DNA of 64,000 nt. Origin: Fimbriosthenelais zetlandica (taxonomy: Eukaryota). The stretch is from positions 19,592,001 through 19,656,000 of the forward strand of contig OZ365111.1 in the NCBI GenBank assembly GCA_977030845.1, read 5' to 3'. The notes beneath the pieces were generated by a model. It did not search any database, was not told where the DNA came from, and worked only from the letters and a program-made list of their open reading frames with translations. Shown one piece after another: positions 53,901 through 64,000 of the stretch (positions within the stretch are counted from its first letter, which is position 1; each line of letters opens with the position of its first letter). A program made the translations under genes and the position numbers.

Positions 53901-55291
53901 AATGAATGTGAACGGGCAAATGTCATATATTTATCAGGATTTTACATAGAAAGGCGTCAAAATTATTTTCTTTTTTTTGTTTTTTGAAGGATAAAATCAA
54001 TTTCGGCCAATGTAAATTAAAGCCACATAAAATGTCATAAGAAAAAAATAGTTCCGGTCCGTATGGAACGGGAGTTCCATACGGAAAACCGTATGGCACC
54101 CCCCTATATGGCACTTTCAGATGGAATGCGCATATAATAAAATTACGTATGCTCTAGTAATATCAAATCATCTACTTTGCTTCTCCATAGTCCCTTTAAA
54201 AATATGGCACGTCCCCGAGAAATAAAGGAGCCTTTGCCAATGATTTATTAATAAGAATTTCCTTTTTGTATGATTGTCTTATTTAGGTTTATAGTTCACA
54301 GTGATGAGAATAATCCTTATCTACGATCGATGGAATCCTTCATGGAGGAGGTGCTGATCTTTTCTCCCAATTTACTTGTAGTCAGCGGACTACAAATGAT
54401 GGATAACTTCCCTTTTGCCCCCGGTAAAAATTTCGATTTTAGTCATTCAGAAATTCTACAGTTGTCTGCTCGAATTAACAACAAAGGATTATAATTACAT
54501 CTTGACGTTTTAAATATTTGGAACAATAGTGATTAATTTGTGTGGCATTACACTTCAACCAGTGCGTAAATTTATGCACTGTTCTTTCTAATGAATACTG
54601 GCAACATATATGATTTTTTTTTTCAGGCGAGAGGCTGGATCGTTTACTGAAGCTCGAACGGTTCCTTCAAACCGTCCCCCAAGACACCCTCATGCATTTT
54701 GAACTGGCCTCCTTTGCTGAAGAATCCTGCTTCCGTGATGTGGTCGATAACGTTGTCTACCACGCAGATTCCTTAGGCATGAACGAGCAGGAGCTTCCCA
54801 ACCTTCACAGTATTCTCACCAACGGTTCAGTCAAACTCATATCAGATCCTTACCCTAGGATAGCTACCAGCTTAGACCACATGAGGGCGGTGTACAAAAT
54901 CCTCCACCAGAGACCCTTAGGTAAAGGTGAGCGCCAAGTGAGCAGGATCCATGTCCATACCCTGGCCTACCAAGCCATCATGACAGCCAAAGGTTCCGCC
55001 TGGAAAAATACCATGTCTGCTACAGCCAAGGCCTCGCTCACTGCCAACCGGCATGTATGTGGCTCCAACTTTATTCACACCGACAAAGCCCGTCTACTCA
55101 TGGATGAGTCGTTTAGCACGAGTCGTGAGGATGGGAATAGAATGCCCTTCCAGGCTGATCGACCAGTGTCCTGCTGGAGTGAGGACGATGTTGAGATCTG
55201 TGTGGCTCCGAATTTAGTTTGTACTGAAGTGGTGCAGACAGGAGGAGGCGGAGATAATATCTCATCCGCTGGACTTGTACTTCAAATTTAG
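50988..55291 (+). CDS. ADPGK: ADP-dependent glucokinase; exons 50988-51307, 51554-51744, 52732-52828, 54287-54423, 54627-55291
   Basis: N-terminal hydrophobic anchor; motifs VAVGFGACED, LGGNAPVMA, DDIHLLLEY, APRANRFIVHSD, LVVSGLQMM, HFELASF, DSLGMNEQEL, RIHVHTLAYQ and ribokinase-family GGGDNIS. Exon phases are consistent (exon-2 donor is the non-consensus GTGCAC). Confidence 0.96.
51882..52655. mobile_element. About 775-bp MITE with 24-bp terminal inverted repeats in ADPGK intron 2
   Basis: Left GGGGAGGCCGGGAGAGTTGGGCCA; right-end reverse complement GGGGAGGTCGGGAGAGTTGGGCCA (1 mismatch); internal subterminal copies of GAGTTGGGCC/CCCAACTCTCC. Confidence 0.85.
52885..53045. mobile_element. About 160-bp fold-back (hairpin) element in ADPGK intron 3
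   Basis: About 70-bp arms AGAAATGGAAC..GACAGCAATATGGCGGGAATAATGGCAC..ATCGTTTGTGCGGATGAATATGGGAC inverted around loop GAACCGAAGGTGA. Confidence 0.85.
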
Positions 55292-55309
55292 GTGTTTTTT
55301 TTTCATTTT

Positions 55310-55426
55310 CAGGGCCGGTGCGGGTGGGGGAGGGGAAATCCCCTAAGAAAAAAAGGCAGGGCGTAGAGAAAAAAGGGAAGGATGATCACACCCCGCTCTT
55401 GAAAAAATCCTATATGTCCGGCCCTG
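55310..55426. mobile_element. Small MITE-like element just after the ADPGK stop
   Basis: Termini CAGGGCCGG ... CCGGCCCTG (9-bp perfect inverted repeat); TSD not evident. Confidence 0.45.
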
Positions 55427-57082
55427 CTTTTGACAAGTTCAAGTTTTTCAAATTTACTTCATCCACAAAAAATGTGATAGTTACTGTACTTACATGTGAT
55501 TTTTTTTCCTGTTGAACATTCCCTTGATTCATTTATGTGATTTTCTTTTGATTTGTTGCATACTGTTACAATGATTGCAATCTTGTCAAAAATTTAGAAC
55601 AGTCGTATGTGAAACTAGTGGTAAACTTGTGAAATATTGAATCTATTATACATGTATATACATTACCTGCCATTCATTTTTGTCTCAGTCCCAATAACCC
55701 ACTAGTGCACGGGTCCAAGGTTAGATATTTACTTTAGTATATTTTGTATTACTTTACTCATATAAAAAATATCGCAATGTCAATGTATACACTGTGAGAA
55801 TGATGTGTATTGATATAATTCAAACTATTTCTTGCTAGTTTAAACTAGCCAAATGACAGTATGGCAATGCGGAATACATATATCTCTATTTTTATTGGGT
55901 ATGCTGGTGAAATAAGAATAAAAATGGTGGTAGGTGCTTTGGTTATATATACAGTCAAAATGGTGTATTAACAGTAGGCCTACCGGTATTATTATTCATG
56001 AATATGGAGTAGAAAATCGTAAGATTTACTTGATCATTATAGTGACATACTATATTGAATGAAATGAGTTTATTTCGCATTCCATGTTTATTGAGAATCT
56101 GGTGACAACAAAAAGAATTTAGTTCAAAAGCAATATGGGTTCAGCTATGTATCTATATAAAAAAATAGGCAATATTAGCTGGTCTAAATTGCATTTATTC
56201 CCTTTTAACTTGAGTACTGGTAATAACGGATAACCTTTAATTTTTGGATAACCTTTAAATAACCTTTAAATATGACTATTTATAGCCTGTCTAGTTTAAT
56301 ATGGCTTCATGCGTAACCTAGCAGGACGCTGTTAATATCTTTATTGTACTTAATATTAAAATTAAATATAATTTTTTGTATATTTTCTGCTTATTAATTT
56401 TATATTTAATAGTGTTATTAAAAAGCCAGTGAATGCTCGTGTCAACTAGTGAAATGTCGACGGAAACATGGTCAATGTTTTCGATAATCCATTTCATTGT
56501 CAACCTATGTATTCCATTATTATCCAGTGAGTGTGAATAAAAAAGATAATACCTGAACGGGTATTAGAGGGTAAAGCTATAAATAAGACAGGGTGCTCAA
56601 TTTGGAAGGTGATCCCATAGGAGACCATAATAATGCCATATATTTTTCATGTTATTGTTACTTGTGATAGTCCTGTCGCTACTTACACAAATTTTTATAT
56701 CTTTATCCGTTATTTATCATAGGTCTACTGATTGAATACGGTAATCAGTTAATTAGCTAAATTTACAATTAATTCAGAGGTGTTAAATTCCAAGAAATAT
56801 TTACTACTTTGATAAATTGATTTGTGATTAATCATATAATTTATACGGAAAAACTGTCTGAGTAGAACCTGGCCTGTGATTTTTCAGTTTTAATTTTCAT
56901 AATTATATTTTTGTAATTTCCCAACTGGAAGTGCCTATAAATCTGTCTAATTGTTGACAATAAAAATGTTATAAATAAATAAATCGGAAAGTGCTTCTGA
57001 ATATGTGGAGCGCACAACATAATATTCTATCTGCATGCACTGCATGCAAAGATACAGGAGGCGGGAAAATCTTTGTTAGAAA

Positions 57083-57140
57083 GTCACATGATTATCACGT
57101 GATAGTCAAGGACGTCATACACTTTTGGAGTGACGTCACT
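57083..57140. promoter_or_regulatory. HAP2 proximal promoter with palindromic E-box and CRE motifs
   Basis: TATCACGTGATA at 57093-57104 and AGTGACGTCACT at 57129-57140, both perfect 12-bp palindromes, 65-115 nt upstream of the ATG. Confidence 0.5.
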
Positions 57141-57205
57141 TCCCGTATCGGTGCAGAGAGGATGGCGAATCCTTCATTGTCCTTGGGAAAACTAGAAAAA
57201 GAAGA

Positions 57206-60200
57206 ATGAAGACGGACTATATTCGTGGCAATCTTTTTCTCCTATTAACAACAATTGCTGGATTATTTCTTTCGCAGTGTGGCCGTGTATTTTGCGATTG
57301 GGAGTTGAAAGGGACTGCACATGTGACATCATGCCTGGCCCTGGGACCAGAGGCAGAGGCAGGGAAGAAAGAGAGGTCAAAAAGCCAGAGTTATCTAGAG
57401 AACTGCAGGCGAGAAGTAAAAATTCATGTTGACATGAAAAATATTGGAAAAGTATGTGTTATATACTAACTTCTCTGAAATTTATCATGCCTCATTAAAG
57501 AAATATTGGGAAATTCGTTTGGTCTGAAAAGACAAAACTTTGTCAAAAGTCTCACTCTGGCAGTCTGGGCAAGTGCCAGCAGAGAGTGTAGCCGTAGGAA
57601 GATTATCCTACACTCGTTGGTGCCAGTGCCAGTGCCAGTGGCCAGTGCCCTGGCCTTGGTGGCTTTGTTGTAAGGTCTTGTTAGGCCTACTTGTAAATCT
57701 AACGATAAATTTTTGTATACCGAATTATATAACATACGGTACATGAATAATAATAATTATTTATAATTTACAATTATATTTATCAGGTACAGAATGAGTC
57801 TGGGTTTATTCTAATCAAAGACGTCTTTGATGAAGCCGTGAAGAGCCAGGTCAGGTTGCTCAACCCACTAGTGCTCAGAGTGAAACAGAATCATTTGCTA
57901 TGGAATTATCCATTCAAACATATTGTGGTAAGATTACTCCATTGAATGATTTATTCCTATTTTCCTATTTTCTAGTTTCATAATACTAGTCCTACAGTTA
58001 CATTGGACTACATGGAGAATGAGTTTAAAAGTTAAAAGCCAGCATTAATTAGAAATGCATGATGGCATGGTCTTTTTGGTTAGCATTTTCTTCATACACA
58101 TGTACAGAATTTTTCTTGTAAATAACCCTATGTCTATGCAGCACAGTGAATTCATTTTTGCATTCATATCTAACTCAGTCTGTCAACAACAAACCATATG
58201 AAGCAGTATACCACCATGAGACATCTGATACAATGGTAGCACAATGTGACTCAAAGGGTATCACTGACACAGCCTGCGTGGAGGACCGACGTCCTGGGTC
58301 AGCCCAGCCAGTAAGTTTAAAATTCATAATAATTTTGAATTTAGTTGATTTATACTTCAAATCTTTAAAAAATGGTGAATATTAATTAAGCTCAGTTGAA
58401 GATATGTAGTGTATAGGCGTACGTACGTATGCTTTAACAAATCTAAAGAAGGTGAATGAACAATTAGAGGTTTATTATTAAAAATTCAGAATAAATACAG
58501 TGTAACACTGTGAATTTCCCTTACTACCATAGACACTACTACTGAGTTATCATAAAAGCTAAATAGCTAAAACCAAACCAGATTATAAAATCTATCATAC
58601 CGGTATTTGTATAAATTACAGTGTTTAATACCTTTCCCATTGCATGCTCTATAGGGATTCTGCTGCTCTTGTGATAGGCATACTTCAGGGGAAAATGAAC
58701 GTCTGCGAGGTGGACAGACCTGCGGTGGGAAAGAACCCCATCTGAGCATACATTGTCTACGATTCGACCCTCTTTGGTATGCTTCATACAATCTACTGAT
58801 ATCTTTCTTCGAAAAAATCAATATTTTTGTGAATTATTTTTCTTTTCTATTTACAGGTATTCAGTGAATAATATGAGTGAGGGGATCCTAGATCATAGCC
58901 TTAGTCTTGGAGTGTATTTAAGATCGGACATACCTGGTGGCAATCCCAAGTGGATGTCTTTAGCCGATTCTGAGGAGATAATACTGCAAACCCTGAAGAA
59001 CACTTTTGAAGCGAAGAACAAAAAGGCAAGTGCTTCATTGATTGATTTTCGACTTAAGCTCCATAATCAATGGATGATATTTGATTTTTGATTTTATGTC
59101 TATATTATTGTTTTTCATTTTATGAGACAGATTCACGCAGTATATCAACAGGTGTCATTTCCTAAAAGAGGTCCTCTCAATGCAGCAAGTGATTATCTTC
59201 TCATCCCTGAGCCAATTGCAATAGCAAGGCCTGAAGGTGTACATAAGCAAATTCAAGTGAGTTCAGAGTAAATAATTTGGAAATCAATACAAAATTAGTT
59301 GTTCAATGATATTATCTTAGAAAAGGGAGGTGTACTAATTTTTTTAAATGTTTATACAGTACTAGAAAACTTTCAGAAAATTTTCTTATTTTATCTTTAG
59401 GCTGGACCAGAGGAATACTTACTAATAAAGAAAGGAATGCTGACTGAAAGTGGATCCGTTTGCGGGAAAATAGGTGTTAAACATGCAGCCTTTATAAATC
59501 AGAAGAACAGGTGCAACCTCCTCCCCCAAAGGTATAAATGTAGGAAAGAATTATAACCAGATTTTTATGATATTTATCGATATTATCTCACTACATCAAT
59601 TTATAACTAGTCATAATGTTACCAGTAATCATTAATAATCCCATTTCCCCTGCCAGACTAAGCTTTAAAACTCCACTAAGCCATTATAATATCATCATGA
59701 CATACCCAGGAGAGTTTTACTAGACATCCTCACACCTCAATGATAAACCTCGTTAAATCAGGCAGCGTTTATCTTTAGAGATCAAGTATTCAGTTGCATT
59801 ACCATTCTGATGATTCATATAGAATAGAATTATAGGAATATACTGAATCTATAACCTCCTGTCCAGCTCGCCAATTACAATCAGCCAAAAACCTGTGTAC
59901 ATAACAAAACCCTCTGTGAGAGAAAGATGTGTATTGAGAGGCAGACTGAAAATCATAGATGAGTACCAAAGTTACAAAAAAAATACATAAAATATTTACA
60001 CAAAAACTTAATATATAAATCATTCGTTTCTTAATGCCTGTTACTCTATGTTAAAATAAACTTTGAAATTTAAATATTTCAAAAATTAACTTTTTGACAT
60101 AATTCCTCAGGCAAGGACTAAGTGCTTTCCAAATGTAGAAAAAATAAAATCTTTAGTTCTAGGCCCATAGACACCAACTCCACACCTAAATCCATCTTTT

Positions 60201-61748
60201 AGTAATTCCTATTCCACTATGTGTAAAGTGAACATTTTCAAACTTCTTTCTACACTCTTGTCTCTATGCAAGGAGTCTCTAGTAGGCCTACTTAATTACT
60301 GTCACAACACGGCCCTTCTAATCCTTCAGTCCTGCACCCACCCAGCCAACCTGTTACCATGGCAACTGGAGTTAGTCACCCTAGACCTGACCATAACCCC
60401 TGGACCACACCACTAAGCACTCACCAGTTAGAGTCTCCCCCCTAGACTTGACCACAAACCCCTTGGCTATATTTATTCATTATTCTTTTGGATAATCACT
60501 TATTGTGTCAAAGTAATCAATTTCAGGCTAATGTTTTTAAATATGAGAGAACAAAACTAAACTCTGGATAGGTCTTACAAATTGTAGATTCAGATATTCT
60601 CTATCTTATACTTAACTTAATTCTCTCAGTGCCAGGAGAGGCATATAAGTTTCACTGTTACATGTGGACTCAAATGCTTCAATTACCAGAGATGTTTCAT
60701 TGCTTTCATTCAAAAGAAGCTGAACATTTCATTTTGCAATCAATCTTCTCATTAAATAGAGGCCAAATGTTGTTATGATTGACCAGCAGAGTTATTCACT
60801 GAACAGTTCAAATACACAATAGGATTAATGAAAGAAAGACTTAGGCAAGTCTCTCTCCAATAATCCTGACCCCCCTCCAAGTTGCCAGTGGAGGGCGGGG
60901 GGCTGCTGCAGGTGCTACCTTGACCCCTAGCTCCAAGTGACTTTGACCTTTGTCTTAAATTGTGTGTATTGAAAAGTATAAATAGAAAAAAATACTGAAC
61001 TGCATAATGCAATACATGTATGCAAAGGTCTATTTTTGTGCTTTTTTTGTCTAGTACATACTAAGCTCTATCTTTAAAAATAAACTTGCCAGAGTGAAAA
61101 AACATGAAAATATTGACCAAAATGGAAAATATTAAAAAATTCATAACAAATCAACTTATGAGTGGAATGCATAATGCGATATAGGTATCAACAGCTCTTT
61201 TTATGTACTTGAATTCATCTAATTCATTTTAAGCTTTATCTTTAAAAATAAACTTGCTGAATTAAATAAACTGAAAATATTAGGTTAATTAGTTTTTACA
61301 TCACTGTAACGTCATCTTACGTCGTTTCAACCAACTACAAAATATATTTCTCATATATGCCTCACCCACTGACTGCTCATGAACCACGTGTTATCACTCT
61401 TGAATATTTTTAATCTGGCCGAAATAGCATTTAAGTGATTTCATACCCCTGACCTAATTCCATGTAACTAATTAGGTCAAAGGTCAAATATGTAGGTCAA
61501 CTTATAGTCCATCATGTATCTTTACACTACATACCATTCATCTTATTCTAGATCCGCATGGGTCCAAAAAAATTACAATCAAATTTTACCAATTTGGCTG
61601 CTTTGGTGACGTCATATGACGTCATGTGATGACGTATGACATCCATTCATCACATGTGACCACTCCTTACTATGGTCTACAATATGTGTGAAAACCAGAT
61701 TCCTACCTCTAATATAAACCCGTTTTTCATCAAAAGTCTAACTACAAC

Positions 61749-61793
<45 letters not shown>

Positions 61794-63899
61794 AAAAAAA
61801 AAAATAATAGTGTAGAACAACGAGCACAAAATCTAAAACCCCATTTTCCCCATAAAGGGGAAATGGGATTAATTATTTTTCCTATATTTAATTAAGAAAT
61901 TTCTTTCTCTTCAGCTGTCTTGACAATCAACCTAATGACTTTTGGTCGCACGATAAGGTAAGAAGGCTCCTGCAATAATATTCATTCCAGGAACTCATGA
62001 TGCATGAAATAATCGAACCTAAAATGTTCATTCAAAAGAGATACATGTATTGTTAAAAAATCTCCCATTTATTCATTCTAGGAGAAGACTGACAAGAGTA
62101 AACGCAAGTACTTTCTGTCATCTCGTGGCAATCTGGCTGCAGACGCTGTCTCATTGCCGCGCGGGGGACAACCTGAGAAATCTGTACAATTTGCGTTTGA
62201 AGACACATTGGTGAGTAAGATACAGCTCGAAATCAACGCTGAAAGACTGACACTGCTTCACCCTGGGTAAGTTCTGACCATTGGACATCAGATTATCCTA
62301 TAGGAATAAAGTGGTTCTTAACTATATAGACAAAGGTGTAGAAATGTCTTGCAAAAATTGATTGAATCTAAGTAGTATATGGAATCTACTGAAGACGCAG
62401 GCAAAAATATTTGTAAGTAGTATAATGAAACTGGAAATCTTTACAGGGAATGATGAGTATAGAGGCATGTGCTGCTTTCAAACTTCCTACTAAATGATAA
62501 AATTTCTTGTAAACTATTAAAATTGTATTAAAATCACATTCTTGCAGATCACATGGGGTTTTGATTGAGGCATCCAGTTGGAGTCGTACTGGGAGCGTGC
62601 TGATCATGGTTCACTTTCAGAACAGAGGTCTGGTCGCTGAGAACTTTACAGTTCAGCTCACTTCATGTACACATGATACAGCCAAGTTCACATCCAAAAT
62701 TCTCAAGGTTGCACCCCATCAGTCTAATCGGGTTGCTTTTGTGCTTGAACCACTAAGGAAAAGTGCAAGCAAGGCTGCATGTCTCGGTATGAAAAACCAA
62801 ACTGAATTCATTTGGTCCAACCGGACTGGTTATGAAAATCCATTTTTTTCGTCCAGACATGGGAAAATGAGAATGGTATTTTTAAACTTTTACTATGCAG
62901 ACAAACTGTATAGGTCTTTGTAATATTTTCCAGTTGGACTACTGAACCACAACGAGAAATTGATTGCTTATAGAGAAATTACGATGAATATTTTTGATCG
63001 ATGCTTCTGCATAGAGATGTGCCAGTGCTCCGTGAGTATATATATCGGGAAAATTAAATGTTTAATACTTCAAAAATCATGTAGAAACTCAAAATAATAA
63101 AAATCGACAGTGTAATTGATAGAAAATGGAAAGTTATGCACTTAATAAATAAAATTTGTATAATTCTCAGTGCGTCAGAGATGGAAGATACGACTGTAAA
63201 ATGATGTCACGGGATATGTATCAAAAAGCTGGATTTAGAAATGTCTTGCCAAGTAAGATACAAGCGCCCCGGGTACAACCAGCTGCAGCTCTCACTTTAG
63301 AAATAATATTCATCTTCCTACTCGGCTTCCTCTTAATAGGTATGTCAGATAGAATTTATCTCCAAAATATAAACCAAATAAAATTTCTCGGATTTTGGAA
63401 AAGCCTAATGGGAGTAATCATAAACATTTTCACCCAAAATAAAATATCATAAGGCTTCCAATGTTTATGATAATCATATTCCACTCTTTAGGAATAATAA
63501 AGATGATTTTGGGGATCTACTGCTCAGTGCGCATTGGCCAGTTTGGACTCGCATTATGCTACAGTCATAACGTCAGGTAAATTGTGGATGGGGACATATT
63601 TTCCAATATTTTGAAAAAGAAATATTAATCACGGATAAAAGAATGCGTTTGGTTCCGCCTTGTATGATTTGGTTTTGTTGGCTAGAGGCAGTTTAAAATA
63701 TATTATATTTCTTTATAGAAGGCAAGATGAACATGCAATGCCCTTATGGAAAGAAGCACTCGTGAATGTGTTCTTTGTCTTCTACGTATTCATCTATCCC
63801 CTTCATCTCTTGGCCACCAAGAAAAACTTTTTCTTATTACGTGATAGGATAAAGGTAGATCATGAAAGATCAAAAAGATTCCTGACAATTTTGAATTGA
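57206..63899 (+). CDS. HAP2: HAP2/GCS1 (Hapless 2) fusexin, about 688 aa, 14 exons: 57206-57451, 57787-57927, 58179-58310, 58655-58776, 58857-59025, 59131-59256, 59401-59531, 61915-61957, 62082-62266, 62548-62786, 62934-63031, 63171-63339, 63492-63576, 63719-63899
   Basis: All junction phases match and lengths sum to 2067 nt (689 codons including stop). Signal peptide; hallmark motifs NNKPYE, GFCCSC, RLRG, HCLRFDPLWY, CGKIGV.HAAF.NQ.NRC, SCLDNQP, KIQLEINAE, Ig-like domain III with N.GLVAENF, Cys-rich stem CFCIEMCQCSC and C-terminal hydrophobic segments. The last exon could instead splice beyond the window. Confidence 0.92.
61330..61815. mobile_element. Repeat-derived insertion ending in a poly(A)-rich tract in HAP2 intron 7
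   Basis: AGGTCAAAGGTCAA and GACGTCAT-rich motifs typical of non-autonomous Helitron/Helentron-like elements of marine invertebrates, then about 50 nt of near-pure A at 61752-61803. Family assignment is uncertain. Confidence 0.35.
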
Positions 63900-64000
63900 A
63901 TTTAATGTTGTCTCCTTAATGTTAAGCAATAATACATATGTTTAAATGTCTAGGCGTTTGGAACAAAAACATGTGAGGCCATGGGATCTGGACTTGGCAA

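Noticed and set aside
57540-57746. ORFs around the (CCAGTG)n tract in HAP2 intron 1 as an additional exon
   Set aside because: Exon 1 (to 57451) joins exon 2 (57787) in phase without it; the ORFs derive from a microsatellite-like tract.
63340-63452. Open read-through of HAP2 intron 12 giving an alternative hydrophobic tail (GFWKSLMGVIINIF)
   Set aside because: No AG acceptor for it as a separate exon, and canonical exon 13 at 63492 fits phase and sequence better; a retention isoform cannot be supported without RNA data.

Overview
Eukaryotic, intron-rich, AT-rich animal genomic DNA, most consistent with a marine invertebrate (a lophotrochozoan-like host is inferred, not proven). I found no prokaryotic features, CRISPR arrays or rRNA. 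Six protein-coding genes can be reconstructed by hand from splice signals: the 3' part of WDR20/DMWD (+), a secreted mucin-like protein with 18 eight-cysteine chitin-binding (peritrophin-A-like) domains (+), a CCDC175-like coiled-coil gene (-), ANAPC1 (-), ADPGK (+, head-to-head with ANAPC1), and a complete 14-exon, about 688-aa HAP2/GCS1 (fusexin, class II fusogen) gene (+) at 57206-63899. The HAP2 gene is the most interesting item. It keeps the core cysteine motifs and the candidate Glu-Arg salt bridge, but its fusion-loop region is very short and polar and it has 2-3 C-terminal hydrophobic segments instead of one. Introns and intergenic DNA contain MITE-like elements, a long hairpin, tandem tRNA-derived SINE-like units and minisatellites. 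Gene names come from motif recognition from memory; no searches were run.
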